Part shown: in pieces, positions 45,194 to 54,152 of the stretch
How positions within the stretch are numbered: the stretch's first letter is position 1
How the letters are laid out: every line of letters starts with the position of its first letter
Assembly: GCA_964630365.1 (NCBI GenBank)
Contig: CAZVUP010000003.1
Location: forward strand, 98-64,097
Reading direction: 5' to 3'
DNA length: 64,000 nucleotides
Origin: an uncultured Muribaculaceae bacterium
GTDB taxonomy: Bacteria > Bacillota_I > Bacilli_A > RF39 > UBA660
The notes under the pieces: generated by a model
The model's database searches: none
What the model was told of the DNA's origin: nothing
Seen by the model: only the letters and a program-made list of their open reading frames with translations
Position numbers and translations under genes: made by a program

Positions 45194-45842
45194 GTTGAAT
45201 ATTTTGTATGAAGATAATCATATTATTGTTGTAGTTAAACCATATAATGTTTTGAGTCAGGGAGATAATACTGGCGATGTATCAATTATGGATATGATAA
45301 AGGAATATTTAAAAAACAAATATAATAAGCCGGGTAATGTATATTTGGGGTTAGTTCATAGATTAGATAGACCAGTTGGTGGCGTTATGGTTTTTGCTAA
45401 GACTAGTAAAGCCGCTGCTAGACTTTGTTCTAGTTTTAACAAACATGAAATATGTAAAAAGTATTTGGCAATAGTAAAAGGGAAAATGGTTGGTAGTGGT
45501 GAACTTGTCGATTATATTGACAAAGATAAGGCTGGTAATGCTTTCATTAGTGATAATGGAAAGAAAGCTATTTTGGACTATGAAGTGTTAGATTACAATA
45601 AAGATAATGATTGTAGTTTAGTGTCTATTGATTTAAAAACTGGTAGACATCATCAAATAAGAATACAGTTTTCTACTAGAGGACATTATTTATTAGGAGA
45701 TCAGCGCTATGGAGTTCAGGACAATAAGCAAATTTCTTTGTTTGCTTATATGTTAGAATTTATGCATCCTGTTACAAAAGAAAAAATGTCCTTCTGTGTG
45801 TATCCTGAAAGAGAAAATTATTGGACAATTTTTACACTGTAA
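45186..45842 (+). CDS. RluA-family pseudouridine synthase
   Basis: LVHRLDRPVGGVMVFAKT (catalytic Asp motif) and KTGRHHQIRIQF. The start overlaps the upstream stop by 8 nt. Confidence 0.8.
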   Translation: MNKLNILYEDNHIIVVVKPYNVLSQGDNTGDVSIMDMIKEYLKNKYNKPGNVYLGLVHRLDRPVGGVMVFAKTSKAAARLCSSFNKHEICKKYLAIVKGKMVGSGELVDYIDKDKAGNAFISDNGKKAILDYEVLDYNKDNDCSLVSIDLKTGRHHQIRIQFSTRGHYLLGDQRYGVQDNKQISLFAYMLEFMHPVTKEKMSFCVYPERENYWTIFTL

Positions 45843-45930
45843 ATAAAATGTCTATATAATAAAATGTTTGCAATTGCGAACTTTTTTTGTTATCATATTT
45901 TTAGAATATAGAATAAAGGGAGTAGATTTT

Positions 45931-46926
45931 ATGGAAAACTTTAATATATCGTGGTTTACAACTGTACCAGGATTATTTATTACTGGAGGAGTTGTTTTAT
46001 TAATAATTGCATTGATTCTTTTACTAATTAGTAGTAGAAAATCTAAAAAGGAGAAAAAAGCTCAGGAAGAAGCAGAACAGGCAAGTGATCAAAATCCTAC
46101 TATGGCAGTACCTGATGCTGGAACTGGGGTAGCTCCGCAACCTGTTATGGTTGATGCTAATGGTGGAGCAGCAGTAGAACCTGTTATGGTTAACCCTGTT
46201 GCAGATCCAGTGGTTCAGCCAGAACCAGTTGCTGTTACACCTGTTGTCCAACCAGAACCAGTAGTTGAGCCGGCTATAGTAGCTCCAGTTGAACCAGTGG
46301 CAGTTCAACCTATTGCACCAGTGGATAGTAATCCAGTTATTACTCCGGTTACACCAGATTTGAATCAAGCTACTCCGATTGAGACTGTAGCACCTGTTGC
46401 TACACCAGAACCAGTAGTTGAACCTGCTGTAGTAGCTCCAGTTGAACCAGTTGTTTCTCAGCCTGCAGCAACACCTGTTGTTGAAAATCCTCAACCTGTA
46501 GTTGAACCAGTTCAACCAGCTGTAGAGCCAATGCCAGTTGTTCAACCAGAACCAGTTATTTATGGTGGCGCTAACCCAGCTGTAACTGATATAAATTTAA
46601 ATCAAGATAATAATAATCATCAAATATATGGTGGCGCTGATCCATTATTTAATACTCAGCCAATGCCTAAGGTTGCTCCACCAGAACCAGTACAACCAGT
46701 AGTAGCTCCAGTTGAACCAGTTGTAACTTCAACTGAACCTGTAGCAGCTGTTCAACCTGCTCCTGTAGTTCCTCAGACAGCGCCTACAATGGAACCAGTA
46801 GTTCCTGCTGCACCTGTTGTTCAACCAGAGCCAGTTGTTCCTCAGGTTTCTCCTGTTAGTCCAGCACAACCTATGCCTGCAGTTCCACAACAACCTGCAG
46901 CACCTGTTGGAATGAATGTTCAATAA
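45931..46926 (+). CDS. Membrane-anchored Pro/Val-rich repeat protein
   Basis: AGGGAG SD. TM VPGLFITGGVVLLIIALILLLIS, then KSKKEKK, then ~270 aa of PEPVV/APVEPV repeats with two IYGGA(N/D)P motifs. Confidence 0.65.
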   Translation: MENFNISWFTTVPGLFITGGVVLLIIALILLLISSRKSKKEKKAQEEAEQASDQNPTMAVPDAGTGVAPQPVMVDANGGAAVEPVMVNPVADPVVQPEPVAVTPVVQPEPVVEPAIVAPVEPVAVQPIAPVDSNPVITPVTPDLNQATPIETVAPVATPEPVVEPAVVAPVEPVVSQPAATPVVENPQPVVEPVQPAVEPMPVVQPEPVIYGGANPAVTDINLNQDNNNHQIYGGADPLFNTQPMPKVAPPEPVQPVVAPVEPVVTSTEPVAAVQPAPVVPQTAPTMEPVVPAAPVVQPEPVVPQVSPVSPAQPMPAVPQQPAAPVGMNVQ

Positions 46927-47006
46927 GTTTAAATTTAAAAAGCATTTAATGCTTTTTTTCTTTGTCCTTATTTAATTTGGTGATATAATTTATTTAAGGT
47001 GGTCTT

Positions 47007-48155
47007 ATGAAAAAAATTTCTATTTTAGCTTTACACCTTGGCTTTGGTGGAATTGAAAAATCGATAGCGACTTTAGCAAATATTTTAGCTAAAAAATATG
47101 ATGTTGAAATAGCTAGTGTATATAAATTATATGATAAATGTGTTTATGACTTAGATAAAAGGGTTAAAGTAAAATATCTTAATACTGATTTAAAGCCTAA
47201 TCGTAGTTCCTTAAAGAGTGCTTTTGCTAGTAAAAATATTTTTCGTATTGTAAAAGAAGCTTTTTATTCTTTAAAAGTATTATATTATAGGCGAAAAACT
47301 ATGATTAATTATATAGAAAATTGTGATAGTGATGTAATTATATCCACTAGAGATTTATTTAACTATTGGTTAAGTGGATATGGGCATGATGGTGTTTTAA
47401 AAATTGGGTGGGAACATAACCATTTTCATGAGAATTATAAATATGCTAATAATGTATCTAGAAGTGCTAAAAATTTAGATTATTTAGTTTTAGTCTCTGC
47501 TGAGTTACAAAAATTTTATGCTGAGCAATTGCATAATAGTAATTGTATGTGTGTATATATACCAAATTCTATTGATAAGATGCCTGATAAGCGGGCAAAA
47601 CTTAAGAATAAAAGACTTATTTCTGTGGGTAGACTTTCACCGGAAAAAGGATACTTAGATTTACTTAAGATATACAATGTTTTTTATAAAAAGTATCCAG
47701 ATTGGACTTTAGATATAGTTGGAGATGGTGTTGAACGAGAAAAAATGGAGAAGTATATTGCCAAAAACAATTTGGAAAAGAATGTCACACTTCATGGTTT
47801 TAGAGGAAAAGACTATATTGATGATTTATTACAAAAGTCTTCAATTTATTTAATGACATCTCTTACTGAATCATTTGGAATAGTTTTGATTGAAGCTATG
47901 AGTCATGGTATACCTTGTATAGCCTTTGATTCTGCTGAAGGTGCTAGAGAAATAATTAATAGTGGTTATAATGGATATCTTATAAAAAATAGAAATAGTG
48001 AAGCAATGATGATGAAGATTGCCGATTTAATTAACAATGAAGAGGAAAGAATAAAATTGGGTAAGCAGGCGCGAGATAGTGTAAAAAAATATGCTAGCGA
48101 TGTAATTGGGGATGAATGGATTACCCTTATTGAAGAGAGTGATATTTATGAGTAA
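47007..48155 (+). CDS. GT4-family glycosyltransferase
   Basis: GRLSPEKGYLDLL and ESFGIVLIEAMSHGIPCIAFDS (EX7E region). Extended -10 TGaTATAAT at 46981-46989. Confidence 0.8.
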   Translation: MKKISILALHLGFGGIEKSIATLANILAKKYDVEIASVYKLYDKCVYDLDKRVKVKYLNTDLKPNRSSLKSAFASKNIFRIVKEAFYSLKVLYYRRKTMINYIENCDSDVIISTRDLFNYWLSGYGHDGVLKIGWEHNHFHENYKYANNVSRSAKNLDYLVLVSAELQKFYAEQLHNSNCMCVYIPNSIDKMPDKRAKLKNKRLISVGRLSPEKGYLDLLKIYNVFYKKYPDWTLDIVGDGVEREKMEKYIAKNNLEKNVTLHGFRGKDYIDDLLQKSSIYLMTSLTESFGIVLIEAMSHGIPCIAFDSAEGAREIINSGYNGYLIKNRNSEAMMMKIADLINNEEERIKLGKQARDSVKKYASDVIGDEWITLIEESDIYE

Positions 48156-48621
48156 AAATGTGTTGTTTATTGCTTCTACTGGAGGTCATTTAAAAGAATT
48201 ATTACAACTTGAAAGTATTTTTGAAAAATATGATTATAATTTGGTTACAGAAAAAACAAAATCTAATTTATATCTTAAAGATAAATATAAAGATAGGGTT
48301 CATTTTTTGATTTATGGTACTAAGGATCATATTATTACTTATCCTTTTAAGTTGCTTGCTAATTGTTTTAAAAGTTTATGGTTATTTTTTAAACTTCATC
48401 CGGATTATGTTGTTACTACTGGTGTTCATACCGCTGGTCCGATGTGTTGTATAGCAAAGTTGTTTGGAGCTAAGATTATTTATATTGAAACTTTTGCTAA
48501 TATTTGTACAAAAACAGTTACTGGTAAATTATTATATCCTATTAGTGATTTGTTTATAGTTCAATGGGAGAGTATGCTCAAATTATATCCAGATGCTACT
48601 TATGGGGGGTGGATTTTTTAA
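48148..48621 (+). CDS. Alg14-like / PssD-Cps14F-family glycosyltransferase subunit
   Basis: MSKNVLFIASTGGHLKELLQL ... VVTTGVHTAGPMC ... IIYIETFA. The ATG overlaps the upstream stop. Confidence 0.7.
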   Translation: MSKNVLFIASTGGHLKELLQLESIFEKYDYNLVTEKTKSNLYLKDKYKDRVHFLIYGTKDHIITYPFKLLANCFKSLWLFFKLHPDYVVTTGVHTAGPMCCIAKLFGAKIIYIETFANICTKTVTGKLLYPISDLFIVQWESMLKLYPDATYGGWIF

Positions 48622-49511
48622 TGATTTTTGTAACTTTAGGTACACAGGATAAAAGTTTTAAAAGGCTTTTAGAAGCAATTGATAGAGAAATTGAAAATGG
48701 TAATATAAAAGAAAAGGTAATTGTGCAAGCTGGACTTACTAAATATGAATCAAAAAATATGGAAATATTTGATTTGCTTCCGGCTGATAAATTTGAGGAA
48801 TATATTGATAAGAGTGATTTAATAATTACGCATGGTGGTGTTGGGAGTATTCTTACTGCTATTAAGAAAAATAAGAAAGTAATAGCAGCAGCAAGATTAA
48901 AGAAATATAAAGAACATACTAATGATCATCAAAGACAAATAGTTAAAGAGTTTTCAGAACAAGGATATATTTTAGAACTTAGAGATTTTAATAAATTAGG
49001 TAAATTAATCGAAAAAAGTAAAAGTTTTAAACCGAAAAAAGTTCATAGTAATACTAATAATTTTATTAAATTAATTGAAAACTATATTGAAGAGACTGAT
49101 AATGTATCTTGGTATAATAAATATAGAGAAGTATTGTTATATCTATTTTTTGGTGGGTGTACTACTTTAATTAATATTGTTGCTTTTTGGTTATTGAGAT
49201 TATTAAAAATAAGTACATATGTTAGTAATGGTATTGCATGGTTTTTATCTGTTTTATTTGCATTCTTTACTAATAAACTATTTGTTTTTGAAAGTAAAGG
49301 GAAAACTTTTAAAGAATCTCTTAATGAATGTTTTTCATTCTTTGGATTTAGAATAGTATCTTTACTATTTGATATGGGGATAATGTATTTGTTAATAGAT
49401 GTATTAAGTACTAACGAATTGTTTGCTAAAATTGTTTCTAATATATTTGTAATTATTATTAATTATGTTTTTAGTAAACTAATCATATTTAGAAAGAAAG
49501 GGGAAAATTAA
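48621..49511 (+). CDS. Alg13-like / PssE-Cps14G-family glycosyltransferase fused to a GtrA-like 4-TM domain
   Basis: MIFVTLGTQDKSFKRLL ... LIITHGGVGSI ... NDHQ. C-terminal half is LLYLFFGGCTTLINIVAFWLL ... FFTNKLFVFE ... IINYVFSKLIIF. TAATG overlap with the upstream gene. Confidence 0.7.
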   Translation: MIFVTLGTQDKSFKRLLEAIDREIENGNIKEKVIVQAGLTKYESKNMEIFDLLPADKFEEYIDKSDLIITHGGVGSILTAIKKNKKVIAAARLKKYKEHTNDHQRQIVKEFSEQGYILELRDFNKLGKLIEKSKSFKPKKVHSNTNNFIKLIENYIEETDNVSWYNKYREVLLYLFFGGCTTLINIVAFWLLRLLKISTYVSNGIAWFLSVLFAFFTNKLFVFESKGKTFKESLNECFSFFGFRIVSLLFDMGIMYLLIDVLSTNELFAKIVSNIFVIIINYVFSKLIIFRKKGEN

Positions 49512-49512
49512 T

Positions 49513-50055
49513 ATGAATAAAAAAGGATTTACGATGGTTGAACTTTTGGCAGCTCTAGTTATTTTGGGTTTATTATCAACTTTGGCAGTAACAACAATTA
49601 CTAGAACTATAGAGAAAGGACGTAAAAAGACTTATATTGCTGATGCAAGCAATATGATTGCACAAGCGGAATATTTGGTTAAATCAAAACCGGCTGAAAT
49701 AGGTAGACCGCCTAAAGGTGGCTGTATTGTTATTTTCCTTAGTTATTTCAATTCAGATGATTTTGAAAGTGCTCCTCATGGAGGTAAATATGATGGAGAT
49801 AAATCTTTTGTTGTCTATAAGCGAAATGATGATTCTTCTTATGAATTTTCAGGAATGTTAATTGAAGAAATGAAAAAGGGTGGATATATGGGAGTACAAT
49901 TAAATGATGCTGTAGAGTTATCTAAAGGAATAGGAGATATTGTTGGTAGTGAATGGGCTGATGCCAGTAATGTTCAGGCCTATATTAATAATCATCTAGG
50001 TAGTGGCTATTGTAATAATACTTTAAGCGTTGCTAGTGGTACTATAAAACAGTAG
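49513..50055 (+). CDS. Prepilin-type (class III signal peptide) pilin/pseudopilin-like protein
   Basis: MNKKGFTMVELLAALVILGLLSTLAV: G/F cleavage site with Glu at +5. Starts 1 nt after the glycosyltransferase stop. Confidence 0.75.
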   Translation: MNKKGFTMVELLAALVILGLLSTLAVTTITRTIEKGRKKTYIADASNMIAQAEYLVKSKPAEIGRPPKGGCIVIFLSYFNSDDFESAPHGGKYDGDKSFVVYKRNDDSSYEFSGMLIEEMKKGGYMGVQLNDAVELSKGIGDIVGSEWADASNVQAYINNHLGSGYCNNTLSVASGTIKQ

Positions 50056-50126
50056 AGAAGTAATTCTCTTTTTCTTTTATCTGTACAAAAATGTTTATTT
50101 TTGATAGAATTATACTAGGTGGTAAT

Positions 50127-50696
50127 ATGAATATTAAGAAGATAGCATATGGGTTAATGACTTTAAGTTTTATAATGATAATGTCTGGTGGCGTATCTAG
50201 TTTTGTTTATGAATTAAGAGCAGATAGAGAAAAAACTTATAATAGAATTAATTTAGTAAATGATGAGTTTGAGATATTCAGTACTAATACATCAGTTTTT
50301 GAAGAATTTCGAGATGAATTACATGGAAATGTTCTTGATAATCTTTATATTGAGTCAATGTATCAAAATGATGCTGTTGTTAAAAATAAATTATCAAATT
50401 ATGAAAATTTAGTTGATGAGTTAGAAAAAAATGCTAAATCTTTAGATAAATTATGTACAGATGTATATTATCCAGATAGTGTTGCTAATAGTAAATGTAG
50501 TAATTATAAAACTATTTATGAGCAGGTTGTAAATTATTTTGTTTCAGATATAAATGATTATAATAAAAGTGTAAAAAAATTTAATGAGTATCAAAAAGTG
50601 ATAGATCCAAATTTAGTATTAAAAAAATATAGTACTAAAAAAGATTATATTGATTTTGATAATGATGGAGAGTTTGCTGGTAAAGAAGAGGAGTAG
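50127..50696 (+). CDS. Single-pass membrane protein, unknown function
   Basis: AGGTGG SD before ATG 50127. TM IAYGLMTLSFIMIMSGGVSSFVY, then a helical ectodomain. Confidence 0.55.
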   Translation: MNIKKIAYGLMTLSFIMIMSGGVSSFVYELRADREKTYNRINLVNDEFEIFSTNTSVFEEFRDELHGNVLDNLYIESMYQNDAVVKNKLSNYENLVDELEKNAKSLDKLCTDVYYPDSVANSKCSNYKTIYEQVVNYFVSDINDYNKSVKKFNEYQKVIDPNLVLKKYSTKKDYIDFDNDGEFAGKEEE

Positions 50697-50698
50697 TT

Positions 50699-51739
50699 AT
50701 GGCAAAGAAAAAAAAGAGTACATATAAATGGCCACTTAAACGAAAAATTCTTGTTATTCTATGTTCTGGCTATATTGTTTTATTCTCTTCTTTTTTATTT
50801 CTTTTTTATGGGCCTTGGGATGGTTTTAGGAATTTTTGGATTACTAGTGCTATGACTACGATGAATCATCAATATTTAGCTAAATGGTTTTTTAGTGATA
50901 AATATATAGAGAAAGTTTTACGTGGTAATAGTATTATAGAAGTTTCAGAAGTTACAGATTCTAGTTTAATAAAAATGAAAAAATATACTACTACTATTTA
51001 TAGGAATCAATATGAAAAAAAAATATTGACTAAGGATGATGATAATGATTTATATAAAGTTATTAACATTTCTGGTAAAGGATATCAAGGTTTTTTGGTG
51101 GCTATCTATGATCCTTCTAGGGTTCATATTGCGACAACTGCTTATTTGGGTAAGCGTGGTGAATCAATATTAAATGTAAGTAAGAGGGAAAATGCAATTA
51201 TTGCGATGAATGCTGGTGGGTATTATGATCCTGATTGGAATAGCAATGGTGCTCTTCCACATGGAACTGTTATTTCTAATGGAAAAGTTGTTAGTGATTT
51301 TTCTGATGCAGGTATGGCCGGGGGTTTTATTGGTTTTGATAATGAAAATAAATTGATATTAGGAAAGATGTCAAAGGAAGAAGCTGTGGAACGTGGTTTA
51401 CGTGATGCAATAGAATTTGGACCATATCTAATTATCAATGGTAAAAGAAGCTTTATAAAAGGTAATGGTGGTTGGGGAATCGCACCTAGAAGTGCTATTG
51501 GTCAGCGGCAAGATGGGATTGTATTATTTTTAGTTATTAATGGAAGGTTAGCCAATAGTATCGGAGCTGATATGATTGATTTATGTGATGTAATGGAAAA
51601 CTATGGGGCTTATAATGCGGCTAATCTTGATGGTGGTTCTTCTTCTGAGTTGGTTATTAATAATAAAATTGTTAATACGCCAGTTGCTGGTGGTGAACAA
51701 GGATTAAGAGATATGCCAACTTTTTGGATTGTTAAATAA
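50699..51739 (+). CDS. Membrane-anchored phosphodiester glycosidase (NAGPA-domain) family protein
   Basis: AMNAGGYYDP ... HGTVISNGKVV ... AIEFGPYLIINGK ... APRSAIGQRQDGIVLFLVINGR ... NLDGGSSS. Confidence 0.75.
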   Translation: MAKKKKSTYKWPLKRKILVILCSGYIVLFSSFLFLFYGPWDGFRNFWITSAMTTMNHQYLAKWFFSDKYIEKVLRGNSIIEVSEVTDSSLIKMKKYTTTIYRNQYEKKILTKDDDNDLYKVINISGKGYQGFLVAIYDPSRVHIATTAYLGKRGESILNVSKRENAIIAMNAGGYYDPDWNSNGALPHGTVISNGKVVSDFSDAGMAGGFIGFDNENKLILGKMSKEEAVERGLRDAIEFGPYLIINGKRSFIKGNGGWGIAPRSAIGQRQDGIVLFLVINGRLANSIGADMIDLCDVMENYGAYNAANLDGGSSSELVINNKIVNTPVAGGEQGLRDMPTFWIVK

Positions 51740-51779
51740 ATGATAAATTGTTATAATAGCTTATTAATGGGGTGATAGA

Positions 51780-52763
51780 ATGCTTAATTTACTTGCTACA
51801 ACATGTGATGATATTGCACTGGCTAATATTTTGGTTATTGTTAAAAGAGCTCTTACTTTATTGCAAATATTTGGACCAATTATTTGTATTATTAGTCTAT
51901 TAATTATTTTTATGAAAAGTGTTGCTAATCCGGATGATAAAAAGAATACTAAAACTATAACTAATATAGTATTAGCTTTAGTTATTATGCTTTTTGTTCC
52001 TGTTATTGTTAATGCTGTTATGGGGATAATTGGTGATAATACGAATTTTACAAGTTGTTGGAAAAATGCTTCAGATGTTATCAATAATGGTAATGGTAAT
52101 CCAGATATTATTGATGATTTTGATGATGATGATCGTGGAACACCATTGATTGATCCAAGTAAGTATGAGGGTAATAAGGCCGTTCCAAAAACTGAAGAAG
52201 GGACTGGCACAGATTCTCAAAAGAGTAGTAGTATGGTGTTTATTGGTGATTCACGTGTAGTTCAAACGTATGAAACTTTATCTGGAAAATGGAGTAATGA
52301 TGCCAATTATTCTGTTGGAGGAGTTCATAATTATGATTCTACTGTTTTTGTAGCAGAGGGTGGTAAAGGAATTATTTGGCTTAGACAAACCGGTATACCA
52401 GCTGCAAAAAGTTATTTTAATAGTGGTAGTGCAGTTGTAATTATGATGGGAGTAAATGATATTACAACTATTGATATTGCTAATACTTATGCATCATACA
52501 TTAATAGTAATGTTGATAATTGGACAGCTAATGGTAGTAAAATCTATTTTGCGGCTGTGACACCATGTAATGGTAATTATGCATCGTTAAATAGTTCTAT
52601 TGATAACTTTAATAGTAATTTAAAATCAATGCTCTCTAGTAAAGTTGGTTGGATTGATGTTGATGTCTATATAAAATCACAAGGATACCAAACAACAGAT
52701 GGCTTGCATTACAATCCTGATACATATACGAAAATTTATAATTATATAAAAAGTAAAGTGTAA
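51780..52763 (+). CDS. Membrane-anchored SGNH/GDSL-family hydrolase
   Basis: Two N-terminal TMs. Block I VFIGDSRV, block III MMGVNDI, block V TDGLHYN. Confidence 0.7.
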   Translation: MLNLLATTCDDIALANILVIVKRALTLLQIFGPIICIISLLIIFMKSVANPDDKKNTKTITNIVLALVIMLFVPVIVNAVMGIIGDNTNFTSCWKNASDVINNGNGNPDIIDDFDDDDRGTPLIDPSKYEGNKAVPKTEEGTGTDSQKSSSMVFIGDSRVVQTYETLSGKWSNDANYSVGGVHNYDSTVFVAEGGKGIIWLRQTGIPAAKSYFNSGSAVVIMMGVNDITTIDIANTYASYINSNVDNWTANGSKIYFAAVTPCNGNYASLNSSIDNFNSNLKSMLSSKVGWIDVDVYIKSQGYQTTDGLHYNPDTYTKIYNYIKSKV

Positions 52764-52819
52764 TGGTTGTATTTACACTTTTATTTTGGTATAATTTTTT
52801 AAGATGGAGAATAGGTAGT

Positions 52820-54151
52820 ATGGCAAAAAAAGGTAAGAAGAGAAAAAAACATCAATTATCAAAAACGGAGTTTATCTTTAATTTTATAAGCTTAATTTCA
52901 ATGATAGGAGTTGGAATTTATTTTGGATATAGAAGCTTATATTATTATAGTAAACAAACGCAGAATATGGAAAAAGAAGCTAATACTTTGAATGGCTTTA
53001 TTACTGGATATGAAGTTGTTAGTGAAGGTGATGGGCTTCATCAAGATAATGATGGGTTTTATTTTAAGGGAAATGTTATTAATAACTATGTAGTTTTTGC
53101 GAACAGACTTTTTAGAGTTATACGAGTAAATAGTGATAATACAGTAAAAATTGTTAGTGAAGATAATGTAGCATCATTCATGTGGGGTGAAGATGATAAA
53201 TATAAAAAATCTAATTTAAGAAATTGGCTAACTAATACTGATGAGGAGTTTTCAGGAGTTTACTATAAAACTTTGCCAAATAAACTATTAAGTAAAACTT
53301 CTTGGAGTGATGACACTATTGAAAAAACAAAAATCCAAAAAGGCGATAAAGAATATAAAGATTTTGTAACAATACCAACTATACATGATTATACATTGGC
53401 TGGAGGTAAAGATAGCTTCTTTAATAATAAAAAAGTTTATTATTTGCTGGGACATGATAAGGATAATAATAATTTGTTTGTTGATGAAGAAGGAGTAATT
53501 CAAAGCATTGATAATATAGAAGGATATGGTATAAGGGTAGTTGTTACTTTGAAATCTAATTTAAAAGTAAATAGTGGAGATGGTACCTTGGAAAACCCTT
53601 ATATCGTTGATATTAAAGGTAATAATTATGTTGGTAGTTATGTTAAACTTGGAAACGATATCTGGAGAGTAAATGAAGATAATTCAGGATTACTTAAACT
53701 TGTTGCTTATGGTAATGAAATTATGAGAAATTATGGTGATCGGGAGAGTTATTTTGATTTGAGTGATAAAAATAGTATTGCATATTACTTAAATACTTCG
53801 TATCTTAATAGTTTAAGTTATAATAATTTACTTATTGATAATTATTATTATACTGGAGAAATTGGTGATGAAGTTGGCTATAAGTATTCTAATATATATG
53901 CTAATTTTATTGTTTGTAAAGTTGGATTACTAAATATATTTGATTATAATCCTATTAGTGAATTAGATGATTATTTCTACATGAATACAAGATCTGATAG
54001 TGGTGGTATGCAGTATATTGGTCGAGCAAGTGGCTTTTTGGAAGAAGCAGATGTTCAAGAAGGAAAAAGAATTGTTCCTGTTATAACTATAGATAGTAAA
54101 AAAATTAATAATGGATCTGGAACTCTAAATGATCCATATACTCTGGAGTGA
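52820..54151 (+). CDS. Signal-anchored protein with two DUF6273-like modules
   Basis: KKRKKHQLSKTEFIFNFISLISMIGVGIYFGYRSLYYY. Two modules end in GIRVVVTLKSNLKVNSGDGTLENPYIVD and RIVPVITIDSKKINNGSGTLNDPYTLE. Extended -10 TGgTATAAT at 52787-52795. Confidence 0.6.
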   Translation: MAKKGKKRKKHQLSKTEFIFNFISLISMIGVGIYFGYRSLYYYSKQTQNMEKEANTLNGFITGYEVVSEGDGLHQDNDGFYFKGNVINNYVVFANRLFRVIRVNSDNTVKIVSEDNVASFMWGEDDKYKKSNLRNWLTNTDEEFSGVYYKTLPNKLLSKTSWSDDTIEKTKIQKGDKEYKDFVTIPTIHDYTLAGGKDSFFNNKKVYYLLGHDKDNNNLFVDEEGVIQSIDNIEGYGIRVVVTLKSNLKVNSGDGTLENPYIVDIKGNNYVGSYVKLGNDIWRVNEDNSGLLKLVAYGNEIMRNYGDRESYFDLSDKNSIAYYLNTSYLNSLSYNNLLIDNYYYTGEIGDEVGYKYSNIYANFIVCKVGLLNIFDYNPISELDDYFYMNTRSDSGGMQYIGRASGFLEEADVQEGKRIVPVITIDSKKINNGSGTLNDPYTLE

Positions 54152-54152
54152 T

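Noticed and set aside
46024-46923. Minus-strand ORFs 46024-46545 (173 aa) and 46729-46923, and the idea that the GC-rich patch is foreign DNA
   Set aside because: The open antisense frames and raised GC follow directly from the CCA/GTT/GAA codon repeats of the Pro/Val protein. The N/W/R/C-rich antisense product is implausible. No mobility genes or repeats flank the patch.
49513-50055. Type IV pilus or competence pseudopilus locus
   Set aside because: Only a single prepilin-type gene is present. No peptidase, ATPase, platform or minor-pilin set occurs in the window, so no machinery is called.
51015-51023. A9 run inside the phosphodiester glycosidase gene (and A8 at 50709-50716) as phase-variation tracts
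   Set aside because: A/T runs of this length are expected by chance in such AT-rich DNA and encode Lys runs. This is unlike the unique G11 tract.
51223-52210. Minus-strand ORFs 51223-51438 and 51764-52210
   Set aside because: They are antisense to the phosphodiester glycosidase and to the N-terminal membrane region of the SGNH hydrolase, both of which have clear motifs.
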